Below the pieces are notes generated by a model. That model was not told where the DNA came from. It made no database searches and saw only the letters and a program-made list of their open reading frames with translations. Below, one piece after another: positions 12,401 to 25,565 of a stretch of DNA of 64,000 nt. Source of the stretch: Octopus sinensis (taxonomy: Eukaryota); the NCBI RefSeq assembly GCF_006345805.1, contig NC_043007.1:51832001-51896000 (forward strand), in the 5' to 3' direction. A program made the translations under genes and the position numbers. Positions within the stretch are counted from its first letter, which is position 1; each line of letters begins with the position of its first letter.

Positions 12401-15400
12401 GTCTTTTCTGAATAGATGTTTTTTCGGCTCTTTATATTTGTTCTTTGTTTTGTATTGAGGACTTTCGAGATAATTGTTGCTGAACGTAATAAATATATTT
12501 TCTACACTGCACCTACCCAGCGGTCAAGATCATATTCTTCTAGTTTTGTATTCCGAAACAATGGAATCCTTGCATATTCTACATTGAGCTCTTGAGCTCT
12601 TGATCGAGTTTACCCAAGGACTGGTCCCTGGTATAATTTGTGATTGTACCACCATCCCAGATACTGTGTACTAGAAATAACAGCCAAATATGCCTAGAAA
12701 ATCTACTATCAACACCACAGTTACCATCACTGTTGTCAGTAGCAACACTACTACCACTACACCATCATCACCACCACCATCATCCCCACAAGCAACAACA
12801 ACAGGAACACAACCTTACCACTACCGTCGCTGCTACTACCATCACTAGCGCCAACACTACCACTACTATCATCACCAACACTATTACCACCACCGCTATC
12901 AGCACCACTTCCACCACTACCATCACCACCCTCATGTCCACCACCATTACTGCTTCTACCACCATTATACCCACTATCATCATACCCAGCACCACCACCA
13001 TTTTGTCATTTAATACGAAAATTCAAATTCCAACGCAACGATACTGAATTCTTGATGTATAATTTTCTTGTCTAACACCAACAATCGCCGACCTTCTGGA
13101 ATAGTCTACACTTCCCCAAACCCCAACCCCAGCTTTGTTCTCTTGTCAAACACCCCTGCACCGTACACCATAAATATTTCACTTCCACCTCCGCACTAAG
13201 TCTAACCCTTCCACTCCTCCAGCCCTCCACTCGCTCCAAAACACCAGAGTAAACATGCAGAAAATGGTTTGAAATGTTAAGAGGTTCTAAGTACTTACAA
13301 GAGAATCTTATTAAAATGTTTGCTCGAGCTATCTAGCCGATGTCAAAGCATGACCGCACATACACCTCTAAACATGTACACACACACACAGACACACACG
13401 CGCGCATACACATGCACACATGTACACACATATACACACACACCACGCACACACACACACGTCTCACTCTGTTGCTACTAATCATCGTTATACGTTCTAC
13501 ACAGTAAATCGGAGGTAGATTTAAATAACTAATCGTACAAGATAGATGCTTTGAGTACAATTGTCGTGTCCCTTCATAAATCCAAATGAGCGCGCGCACA
13601 TATGCATATATATGCACACACATACGCATGCACACGCAAACACGCACATGCTTACACATATTATATTCAATATATTATGTTTAATTATACTTCAATTGCC
13701 TTAGTCTAATTTTCTATATACTCAAATGTCTTAATGTTATAGTAGCACTGTGATATATGCATATATAAATTAGCTCTATCATAGGATATTGAGTAATATC
13801 GTAACATTAACACTGAAGTATCAGTAAGATATAATATTGTATAGATTACAAGATTACAAGTTATATTAATTACCATTAATTACCATAGAAGCTAGATTTT
13901 TGATTAATTGGAATTTATTCCGAGATAGGGTGAATAAAATTATTCTTAATACATGGCAAAATGTGCGCCCCAGGGACTTCAATTCTGAAAATAATTTGAT
14001 TCTCCACTGTTAAAATAATATCAAAGGAACTTGGATCAAGATTATATAAGGATTAGAGTCGAGTTAAATTAGTGGATAATGTTTATATATGTAAGCAGTC
14101 CGTGTGTCTACGCCCACAAATCGATATTATTTTGGACGTCTATAAAGTCAGTAGTAGTTATGGCAATAGTGATGTTCCAGCTCATGCTCACGTGCATAAG
14201 TACGTTGGAAACCAGGTAGTACTAGACAGTTGTAGGAAAAGAAAAATGAAGTGTAATAATAGAAAAGAGGAAATAAAGAGAAAACTAGAAGTTGATCTTC
14301 GCAGGTTGGACTTTCCAATTGACCGCTGAGGACTTGTCTGTAAAAATTTCATTTTTAGAATTGAGACAGTTCTTAAGTTTGCTAGAATTTTCATCTCTGC
14401 TACACAAAACCTGCACGTTTTGGACCTTTGTTATAGTCAGTCTCATAATCTTCCAAAACCCACACATGACCTGCTAATATTGTAGATGTCTGCTTGCTTG
14501 GATATTTGAAAGTTGGTACATAGTTATAAAATCTAATGTAAAGGTCCTCAACCATGCCTATATAATGATAATGATAATGATAATGACAACGACGGCGACC
14601 ACGATGATGATGATGAAGACGACAATGACAACGACGACGACAACGAAAATGATGACGACAAAGACGATGATGATGATGATCGGCGACAACATCATCATCT
14701 TGGCAACCAACAACAATGCTCTCTCTTTTTTCAAAATAGCTTCTTTTCAGTTCATCTTTTCCCGCTCTTCAACCAGTAATACTTCCTCCACACCTACAGT
14801 CGACAAAGATGGCGATCTCCTATGGTTATATCAACAAGAAATTCCAGACGAAATGTTTTTCAAATTAAACCCATTGTCAGGGCTTTTTTGTTTATTTTTG
14901 TTTTTCTTTTATTTGTTTATTCATCTTGTTCATTTTTATCATACCCTTCTATCAACCCGATTATCTGCTAATCAGTTGATCCACCCTTCGACTCCTACAA
15001 AACTGCGATCTGTAATCTTTGTTTTATGTAGCTAATTAGAATTCAACTAAGCTAGGCATTGTCAGGATGTTCCCTCTCTCTTTCTCTCTCTTTCTTTCTC
15101 TCTCTCTCTCTATCTCTCTGTGTCTCTCTCTCACGTTCTCTCTTTCACTTTCTCTCTCTTTCTTTTTTCTAGCTTTTTCTCTTTCTTTTTCTCCTACTCC
15201 CTTTCTCTCTGCCCTTCATTATATCTATGTGTACATATATAGAGAAGTGGTAAATGTGTATATATGTGTGCGTATGCTGCGTGTCTGCGTGTGTCTATAG
15301 GTGGATATTCATTTTTATCTCGCAAGAACTACAGTATCTTCTACATATCTCCTTCGTTTCTAGACGTGTTGTTATAATCATTATTGGATATAACCTCCAC

Positions 15401-15851
15401 CATATATCATATATTTCAGACATGTTGTTATATCAACGAATACATTCGCTATCGTATATTCTAGAATGTTATTATAAATATCCTAGAACATACCACATAC
15501 TTTATACCATTCCATTCTAGATACGATGTATCTCTTCAAGAAAACATGTTGTGACACATACAACAGCATCGTAAAGAACTCGTGGTCTATTCCTGCGTAA
15601 ATCCCATCTTCATTTATGCAACTACTTCCCTCAGACAGCAAAACATCAGCACCACCACCCCACACCTTATAAATGTTCTCTCTTTCATATATTTCAAGGC
15701 ATCATGCAAGACACTCGAGTATGCTTCATTATAACCAAATAATTAACAAGATCACTCACCAACCATGAAATCGCAGTTCGATCCCATTGTGTGTAACATT
15801 GAAATGCCGGAATATTCTGAAATTGACCAATATTTATACTAAAATCATACA

Positions 15852-15917
<66 letters not shown>

Positions 15918-16114
15918 TGTAAGGTAACGAAGAACGCGAAGAAATTTCAATTTGTTTTATAATTTCTAAATTCTTTCCTATTTGTAGTCAAAAATATATT
16001 TCTGTCAGTCTATCCTTCATTGGTAAAAGCGAACAGATACAAATCATTCAGGTTAAAGTCTTTATTGTAAATGAAAGTAGAATAAGAGAAGTAGAAATAA
16101 TATTGATTTCAAAT

Positions 16115-16300
16115 TTTGACACAAGACCAACTATTTCGGAGAAGAGTATAAGTCGATTACATCGACCCTAGTGTTCAACTGATACGTATTTTATCGACCC
16201 CGAAAGGATGACAAGCAATAATCTCACACCGAAGACGGACAGAACGCCGTTAAGCATTTTTTTTCCCGGCGTGTTAACGAGTCTGCCAACTCACTGCCTT
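16115..16300 (-). mobile_element. SINE family B copy
   Basis: gtcgattacatcgaccctagt...ttttatcgaccccgaaaggatga...taagcatt...cccggcgtgttaacga. Confidence 0.8.
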
Positions 16301-16320
16301 AAAAGGGGGCGTAATAATAT

Positions 16321-18562
16321 TACTGGTCAACAAAGTATTTTTCATCAAGCATATGTCAAAGTGTACTTATGCTTGATGAAAAATACTATGTCAAAGTGTA
16401 CTTAGTGTAGTTTTTAATGCTGATTTCAAATATATACAATTAGTTTTTTGACATCACACACCGTTTTCAAAATGAGAATTTTTTTTGGTTTTAGCTCATG
16501 CATTATATAGAAATTCCAATTAATGACGTGTATGCATATATTTCATTTACATCATGGAAACACACCTTTAAAATAAACTACATTATTCATTGCTGCATAG
16601 TTCAGGTGCAATATTTCACCATCTTAAATTAACCAATCAAGTTTTGTTTGATGAAATAGGTATTTCAATATCTCAAATTGTCCAATCATAATCTGATGAA
16701 ATATTTCATCACAAATTTAATATATGTATAACCGTTTGTATCTATTTCCTTACTTGTTTTACAGTGTAAACAATATCAAGACTGTAGAAATCGTCCTGAT
16801 GTGTTTTATGTCTGTGGACAACTTATTGTGAAAGCTCAAAAACGTACAATAACACTAGAGATCAAGAAGATTTATAAGCTATACTTTGACTGTCCTCTTG
16901 GAAATCAGGACAAGTTATGGGCATCACATTTTATCTGCTCAGCTTGCTCAAATGGCTTACGTGACTGGTTCAATAAGAATAAGAAATCCATGCCTTTTTC
17001 CATTCTAATGATATGGAGGGAACCGAAAGACTGTTATTTTTGCAAAGTAAATGTCACAGGATTTTCTATGAAGAATAAACACAAAATTGTGTATCCCAAT
17101 TTGCATTCTGCAATGAGTGGAAGTCTGCCAATTCCAGTTCCACCAGATGACGGTATTGAAACATCAGATGAGGGTGCTGACTGTCACGATAGTGCTGTTG
17201 AGGAAGATTACGTGACTGATGACGAAAGATTTGAACCTCAGAAATTTTCCCAAGCTGAACTGAATGACCTTGTCAGAGACCTAACCCTCTCAAAAGATAA
17301 AGCAGGACTGTTGGTATCAATACTGAAGGAGAAGAATCTGCTAGAACATGATGTTCGTATAACTTATTTTCTGCAGAAAAATGTGGTTCTACAAACTTGT
17401 TTTTCTGTTATAGGCTCGCTTTGCTTTTGCAGTAACATCGATGGACTTTTCAAATGTTTATCACAATATCATGATCCAGTAGAGTGGCGTTTGTTTATTG
17501 ACTCTTCAAAACAGTTTAAAAACGGTACTTCTCCATAAAGGTAATTTGAAGCCCTCCATTCCTATTGCACACACCGTTCATCTTCATGAATCGTATGAGA
17601 ATATGGAACTTTTACTTCATGTCATTGCCTATGAAAGATACTCATGGAGAATATGTGGATATTTAAAAGTCATTGGAATGTTAATGGGAATGCAGTCACG
17701 TTTCACAAAATACTATTGTTTCTTGTGTCTATCGGGCAACTGACAGACATTATTCAGAATCAAACTGGCAGACAAGAAACCATACCAGCCAGGACAGTCT
17801 AGCGTCAAGAATACACCTCTTGTAGATGATCCATCTAATGCCCTATTGCTTCCTTTACACTTGAACTGATGAAACTTGAACTGATGAAACAATTTGTAGA
17901 AAGGTTTCCCAAAATCACACAGGCAAAGTTGCAAGAGGGTATCTTTGTCGGACCCCAAATTAGGGAAGTACTCCAAAGATGTCAACTTCAAGATAACACT
18001 GAATGAACTGGAACTTCCTGCCTGGAATGCTTTCAATTGGATCTGTGATAATTTATGGAGCAAGACTACAACTATGGCATCAAGAATCTTCTGAAATGTT
18101 ACTCAGCAATGGATTGTCGCATAACCTTGGAGCAGTGTCTGATGAACATGGTGAAAGATTTCACCAGGACATTAGTGCTACGGAGAAACAGTGCCGAGGT
18201 TTCTGGAATGACAGTATGTTGGCTGACTACTGCTGGACACTTTACCGTGATCAACCATATCAAGAACACCGCAGGAAATCCAAACTATGTCTGTTTTGTC
18301 TGACCCATTTTTGCATATTCACTCTTTGTAATATGATAGTGATGATTTTTAACTCAACAAACTCATTTACTTTCTAAAAATAATATGTCCTTATTTATTA
18401 CGTTAATGATTTCATATATACAGATATGTAAATATTTGCATATATCTACTGAAAAACTGATACGTGCTGGTATAACATTTTGAAATCAGCATGAAAAATT
18501 AGTCTAAAAAAGTTGGTTTTCATTCATAATGAATATTATACATTTAATTATGTTGACCAGTA
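16321..18562 (+). mobile_element. Chapaev3-like (CMC) DNA transposon, decayed
   Basis: 12-bp terminal inverted repeats TACTGGTCAACA / TGTTGACCAGTA, subterminal inverted atgctgatttcaaa / ttgaaatcagcat, and a transposase inside. Superfamily assignment is from recalled protein motifs. Confidence 0.65.
16775..18290 (+). pseudogene. Chapaev3-like transposase (frameshifted, internal deletions)
   Basis: ORFs 16801-17538, 17498-17743 and 18003-18377: FYVCG...YFDCPLGNQDKLWASHFICSAC...WREPKDCYFC...WRICGYLKVIGMLMGMQSRFTKYYCFLCL...GAVSDEHGERFHQDI...MLADYCW. Confidence 0.8.
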
Positions 18563-19426
18563 TCAAGATTAAATTCTGCGTATTTCTTTCATCTGCAACG
18601 GTAAATCTTTCGAATTTTAAATCCAGGTAATACAAGAAGTTCATCTTTTCCAGACGTTTCCTTTGTGTGTGTATTTGTCTAGTTTAGATCTGTCTTACTG
18701 GATACATATACTGTCAAACTTCTCCATTTTTTTCTTACACTCTCCTTAATTTATATTCAAGTATAACCTGACTATACTAGTGAATTATATGTCTCTTAGG
18801 GAGAAACGACTGCTAGAAACATGTTTATAGATACAGATATGGAACAATATTAAATAAATTTATATATCACTGTCAAACCATAACGCTTTCAAAACATTAA
18901 ACCTCAAATATCTTTATCTTTTCCTGGATTTAACGAAAGCGCTCCCACACTAGAAAAAAAAGCTTCTTCCTAAAAAGGTTAGTAACAACCTGAAATAAGA
19001 TTTCATAACATTTTTTTTTTAATCACCTTTAAACTTCAAAACTGTATTAAGTAATTCTCTTAGATTTTCAAATATAGATAGAGAGAGAGCGAAAGAAAGA
19101 AAGAGAGGGGGAGAGAGAGAAAGATAACAAACAAAATTTATATAAATTACGAGCAGAAGCAAGCTACTGCCATCTCTTGCACTCAAGGTGTCCAATCCTG
19201 AAAAGAGGCAGAAATAGCCCGAAGCCAGGCTGGTCTGCTGATCCCGTCGCTAGAAGATGGAAGGGGTTCGCTGCCCTACTCGCAATATATCGGATGAAGC
19301 TGTGCATCGTTAACCAGCTAGAAAAGATGTCCTCATGGGATTAAAAAATAACAGTAAAGTCTGTTCGAACGGAACAGCCATGTTGAAGTGGCTACGAACA
19401 TTGTAGACATATGTATGTATGTATAT

Positions 19427-19471
<45 letters not shown>

Positions 19472-19521
19472 CAAGTTTAAAATAATGGTCATTACTTATA
19501 ATTCCTTTATTAGAGCAAATT

Positions 19522-19635
19522 TGGCTTGCAGCTGTTTCCCGTAGTCATTATAGATAGGTTTACTCAATTGGTCTCTTGATTAATTGAGGTAAATTGAACG
19601 AGCTAAGAAAATTAATGCTACTTTCATCAGAGCCA
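19522..19635 (-). ncRNA. Degenerate type-I hammerhead motif with long stem II
   Basis: Minus strand: UGGCU-CUGAUGA-aaGUAG...CUACgg-GAAA-CAGCUG-CA-AGCCA. Perfect 5-bp stem I, but the cleavage triplet is GCA rather than GUH, so it is probably inactive. Confidence 0.6.
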
Positions 19636-19904
19636 TTGCTGGAATTGCGTATATACATACATACATATATGCATACATACATTTATGTAAGGTTAAACGA
19701 AAGCGCTCACACACTAGAAAATTACTTCTTCCCAAAAAAGGTTAGTAACAGCCTTATAAAAGATTTCATAACATTTTTTTTAAATAATTCTTTGTAAAAA
19801 ATCACCTTTACACTTCAAAAACATTTTTAAATATATACAGGGTTAATAAATTGTCGTCTAAATTACGCAAAAATGAAAATAACAGTGACAAATGTTAGGG
19901 GTGA

Positions 19905-20180
19905 TGTGGTCGCAGAAATTGTCTGACAGCCATGACTGGATTCTCCCGCTTTTGTGATAGATCATATGAACTCTTCACCTAGGGCAGCACTACTTCCTCC
20001 AGGCACTTGATGTAGGCTTCCGTATTGAATCTGAGGCCGTGTGGGAAGATGAATGGAAGCATAACGTCACTATCACTAGTGATCACTCCAAACACCTTGA
20101 TGTTGACTGGATGTTTGATTTTTATCACTCTCGGTACATGTCCTCAGATTGACACCCAAACACTCTGAAAAGTTCGTATT
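19905..20180 (-). pseudogene. Tc1/mariner-superfamily transposase fragment (DD37D/maT-like)
   Basis: Minus-strand translation: DVPRVIKIKHPVNIKVFGVITSDSDVMLPFIFPHGLRFNTEAYIKCLEEVVLP. Confidence 0.6.
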
Positions 20181-20696
20181 GGGACTTCCGGCGCGAATAC
20201 CAAGCAGCACAGCATGTTGTTTCCAAATTCCTGGCAGAGTGAATTGTGTCATGGTGTTGCTTTACTCACAGACGGTACCCAATTGATCCTACTATACAGT
20301 GTAATCGACAAAACCAAAAATAAACAAAGTGTATGCATGATATTAAAAATATAAAATGGTGACAATTTACCCATCGTGTGTGTGTGTGTGTGTGGTGTGT
20401 GTGTGTGTGTTCGCGTGTGTTTGTGTGTGCATGCGTGCGTGTACGTGCGTTCGTGCATGTGCGTGCGTGTCAATGCGCACGCGCGCGCGTGTGTGTATAC
20501 GAATAAAGTAAAATGTAATCTGTGTCAAAACAAACTTCATTCTTCGTCTAAATCCTGCTTGAACAAACTTTCCATATTCACAACTGTAACTGATTTTTTT
20601 TTTCTTTTCAGAGTTATTCCACGCAGTAGTATGAGGCAGAGTGATATAAAAATGCGTCTGAACACGTCAGCAAATAATAATAATAATTATTATTAT

Positions 20697-20990
20697 TATT
20701 ATATAAAGATCTGCTTGTCGAAATCGAAAAGTGATACCAATGATTATAGGAGCACTTGGAATGATCAAAAGAGAACTAAAAATTATCTAAGAACAATCTC
20801 TGACTTCCCATCCATGCAGGAAGTGCAAATGATTGTCGTAGCTGGTACGTCACATGTTCTGAGAAGTACATTGCCGCGGTGAATTTTCTTTCCTTTTTAC
20901 CCTTTATTTTCTTTGTTTACTTTTTTATTTTTTATTTTTCCGTTTTCTCTCTCTGTCTTTCTTGCCCTTTTTCTCAGTCACATAACTTTG
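20697..20990 (+). pseudogene. R4/Dong-like non-LTR element, 3' relic
   Basis: YKDLLVEIEK..VIPMIIGALGMIK...IVVAGTSHVLR, directly after an (AAT)n/(TAT)n tract. Confidence 0.6.
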
Positions 20991-21114
20991 TAAATGAACA
21001 ATCTGGTGTATTTATTTTAATGGCTTACCAATGTATACAGTGCGTTTCTCAGCCCTAGGTGTCAGAAAAACACTCAGCAAAAAAAAGGAAAGAGAAGTGA
21101 AAGAGACGATGATG

Positions 21115-21175
<61 letters not shown>

Positions 21176-21698
21176 GCTTCAGACAAAGAACATGCCTCCT
21201 CATTGATATGACTGTCCCAATCGATATAAACGTATCTGTCAAGACCTACCAAAAACTGAGCAAGTATAAAGATCTTGAAATAGAAATCAGCAAAATGTGG
21301 AAGCTGAAGACTAAAACAATACCTGTTGTCATAGGTGCCCTGGGAATGATAGCAAAAGGGACTGATTGCTACCTAACTCAGATACCAGGAAACCCCAAAA
21401 TGGCAGAAATTCAAAAGATAGTGCTCATGGGAACTGCTCATATCCTACGCAAAATACTCTCTATGTAATCCCAAGGTTTAAAACAAACTCTTTGGTTTAT
21501 TTATTTTAATTTTTTTTTTAATTATTTATTTATTTATTTATTTATTTTTTATTTTTATGTATTAGACATTCACTAGTACAACACCAAAAAAAAAAAAAAA
21601 CCCAAATATATGGCACAGAACTTCCAACCTGTTGTCTCTTGAGGTCTCTGGGTGAGACTTGGAGCCAACTTGTACAGACATAAAGCAAAAGTCAAACA

Positions 21699-21700
<2 letters not shown>
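21176..21700 (+). mobile_element. R4/Dong-like non-LTR element 3' end (restriction-like endonuclease tail and 3' UTR)
   Basis: CLLIDMTVPIDINVSVKTYQKLSKYKDLEIEISKMWKLKTKTIPVVIGALG...GTAHILRKILSM*. Flanked on both sides by (AAT)n. Confidence 0.8.
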
Positions 21701-21731
<31 letters not shown>

Positions 21732-21732
<1 letters not shown>

Positions 21733-22650
21733 CGTTTCTACTTAGGCACAAAGTCTGAAATTTGGTGGGAGAGGGGACTAGTCGATTACATCGACCCCAG
21801 TGTTTCACTGGTACTTAATTCATCGACCCCGAAAGGATGAAAGGCAAAGTCGACCTCGGCGGAATTTGAAATCAGAATGTAAAGACGGACGAAATGCCGC
21901 TAAGCATTTTTCCCGGTGTGCTTACGATTATTCTAACTCGCCAATAATAATCCTTTCTACTATAGGCACAAGACCTGAAATTTGGTGGGAGCAGGCAAGT
22001 CGATTACATCGATCCCAGTACTTGATATTTTATCGATCCCAAAAAGATGAAAGGCAAAGTCGACCTCGGCGGAATTTGAAATCAGAATGTACAGACGGCC
22101 GAAATGCCGCTAAGCATTTTGCCCAGCTCGCCAATAATAATGATAATGGTTTCAAATTTTACCACAAGGGCAGTATTTTATGGTGGGTGGAGAGGGAATG
22201 AGTCGATTACATCGACCCCAGTGTTCTTATTTTATCAACCCCGAAACCCTTGGTACTTATTTTATCAACCGAAACCCCTCGTACTTATTTTATCAACCCC
22301 GAAAGGATGAAAGGCAAAGTCGACCTCGGCAGAATTTGAACTCAAAACGTAGAGACAGGCGAAATACCGCTAAGCATTTAGTCCAGCGTGCTAACGATTC
22401 TGCCAGCTCGCCGCCTTAATAATAATAATTATAATAATCCTTTCTACTATAGGCACAAGGCCTGAAATTTGGGGTGCGGGGGGGCAGTCGATTAGATCGA
22501 CCCCAGTACGCAACTGGTACTTAATTTATCGACCCGAAGGGATGAAAGACAAAGTTGACCTCAGCGGAATTTAAACTCAGAACGTATCGACGGGCCAAAA
22601 GCTGCTAAGCATTTTGCCCGGCGCGCTAACGATTCTGCCAGCTCGCCGCC
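21732..22650 (-). mobile_element. Head-to-tail array of four SINE family B copies
   Basis: Copies at 21732-21942, 21951-22132, 22150-22415 and 22437-22650, separated by short (AAT)n tails. Confidence 0.9.
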
Positions 22651-25289
22651 TTCGTAATGGTAATATCCGATAATATATACTCCTACATAATCGATTACCC
22701 GATAGCCACAACTTACACCTCTTATATTCTATTCAGTTATCACACATTAATATCATCAACCCACAGCGGACCCGATCAACAGTAAAACGCACAATCCTAA
22801 CTACACAATACATACGACATACAGACCCCATCCAGCCAAATAACACAACTCATACATCTTCCACACTAAAATATCACGACCACCAACAACAACAGCAGCA
22901 AATTCCACCCAAAACAAAACTTTTTGTAATATATAAACACATGCCAACATTTCCAGAAAACAATGCTGCACTACTTTTAGAATACCCGGTGGTGCAAGAG
23001 AGTTTTGCACAGAAACTGTTTAAAATATAAAACAACAACAATAATAACGCCGCCGCCGACGACGACGACGGCGGCGGCGGCGGCGGCGGTGGTGGTGGTG
23101 GTGTGGTGGTGGTGGTGGTGGTAGTGGTGGTGGTGGTGGTGGTGGTGGTGGTGGTGGTGGTGATACAATAACAACTTCATGTCAATGTTTGCTTGGTTGG
23201 TTCAAGAGAAGGAATGCGGAAGAGTTCAGACCTACCGCAGACCGAACATCATCATCGTCGTCGTCGTCCTCGTCGTCATCGCTTTCGTAGTCATCATTGT
23301 CATCATCGTAGTCGTCACGGCCGTCATTGTTGTCGTCGTCGTCGTTATTTCATGAAAGACAACTCGTTGTTCGTCCATTTATCAAATGCTGCCAGTCAGT
23401 TTCACTAAAGTACTACACACTGTTACGGGAATCTGGCTATCTTCAGATATTCAGGGTGTCAGGAAGATGGTAAGGGGTGGATACGGGAGTCTAGTACAGT
23501 TAAGGATGATGGGTGGGATGTTAGTTGTTGTGGTTACTGTGTATGTATATATATATATATAGGAGGGAGAGGGGGAGGGGGAGGAAGAGGAAGAGGAAAA
23601 TATTTGATAAGGAGTGGTAGTGAAAATAGAGAATATGCTAGAAGAGGATCTATATGGGAGAGATTGTGGGAGGTGAAATGACTGCGGTACAAAAAAGGCA
23701 ACTACGTAAAATTGCGGTGTTGTATAGGACGCTGAAATATTGGGTTCAGATTTTGGCACAAAGCCAGCAATTTCGAGGTAGGGGATAAGTTGATTGCATC
23801 GACCCCAGGGCTCGACTGGTACTTCAGTTCTATAATAATACTTCCAGCGGTCAAGGGAAATGCTACAGTGGTAATGGACAAGTCTGACTACTCGGAAAAA
23901 TTGGCAAGTCTTACAAGTGATGGTAGCTACAGCAAAGTAAAGAAAGACCCTTCTTTGAAAACAGAGAGGAAGTTGTCACAGATCTTGATTAAGAACAAGG
24001 ATCACTTTGCACCAATGAAATACAGGCAACTAACTCAACACTGCAGTAAACTACCACATATGTACGGTCTTCCTAAGATTCACAAGAATGGTATTCCATT
24101 AAGACCTATAGTGAGCTGTAGAGATTCAGCATGTCATCCACTGAGCCGCTTCCTTGTGGATATATTCAGTTCATTAGCAGGAAAGTCAACATCGTACGGG
24201 AAGAATTCCACTCACTTCTCAGAATTGATCAATGATGCCCTCATTAAATCCAACTAGATGGTAAGTCTAGATGTGATAAGTCTGTTCTCTGAAGTCTCAA
24301 CTGGTGAAGTACTATCGGTGATTCAAGAAAAGCTAGTGACAGACACCCATCTAAAAGAACGCACTAGTATAACAATAAGAAACTTAATGGAAATGTTGAC
24401 CTGTGTAGAAACTACCTACTTCAGTATGGACACTGATATATGTCGACAAGAAGAGGGTTTAGTAATGGGTTCACCATTATCACCGATAATAGTTAATATA
24501 TACATGGAATACTTTGAGAATTTGGCTTTAGGATCAATACCACTAAAACCAACACTGTGGCTGCGATATGTTGATGACACCTTTATACTCTGGCCCCACC
24601 AGGAAGATGTCCAAGTGCTGTTAGATCATGTGAACTCAATAAAGCCATCCATACAGTTCACAGTGGAAAAGGAGAAAGACAATCAGCTAGCATTCCTGGG
24701 CGTATTAATAACACGCACCGAGTATGGATTCAGGACATCCGTATACCGTAAGCCAACCTTCACTGGACCATACCTCAACTTCAATACCCACCATCCATAC
24801 AGTGTAAAGAGAGGGATTGCTCAGTGCCTAAAACATCGAGCAAAGAATATAAGTAGCTATCGCGATACCCACCACGAAGAAATGATCAAGCTCAGTAACA
24901 ATCTATTAAGCAACAACTACCCCCAAAACACACTATCCACTCCAATTATGAAGAAAAGAGAGGATGAAACCAATAAGCTGTCCACAGTCTGTCTACTCTA
25001 TGTGAAAGGCCTCTTTGAAAAGATATGCGACCCATATGACATCAGGATAGTATTCAAGGGTAATACAACACTTCGCAAATATCTCCGACGGCGGCGGTGG
25101 TGGTGGTGGTGGTGGTGGTGGTGATGATACAATAACAACTTCATGTCAATGTTTGCTTGGTTGGTTCATAGAAGAGAATATGACCAAAAACTGCGTGTAC
25201 TCCATCCCATGCAGCTGTGGTAGGTTATACAAAGGCGAAACATGTCACCCCCTCAAAATAAGGGTAGAGGAACATCGCAAAGCTGTGAC

Positions 25290-25565
25290 TGTGGTATGAC
25301 GTCAGCAGCTGGGGAGCTGACCGGAACTTGGGGCTGGCCAGAAGGAGCAGCAGTGACACGCGCGCAAGTAGGGTAGCATTCGGCCTTTCGATCGTGGTCG
25401 CCGAGCGAGTAAGACGAGTCAGCACGTTGTTAAGGTTGGGAGAAGCAGCTGCTATTTCTAGCGTTCGGGTCGGGCTGTGTTGAAGGATCCATTACCGCTG
25501 AAGGGCCTCCATCTGAGCGAAGAGAAGACAGGTGCCTTTATTTCGAATCTCTCGCATACACCACA
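25290..25565 (+). repeat. 5' LTR
   Basis: TG...CA termini. About 18 substitutions and no indels versus the 3' LTR (manual count). Confidence 0.95.

Noticed and set aside
12640-13047. Mucin-like Thr-rich ORF
   Set aside because: Degenerate (CAC/ACT/CAT)n low-complexity tract with no start context or splice evidence.
14700-15665. Possible host exons in moderately complex stretches (also ~5900-6400, 14180-14470, 58570-58800)
   Set aside because: No recognisable protein motif or convincing splice-site pair; cannot be supported without RNA data.
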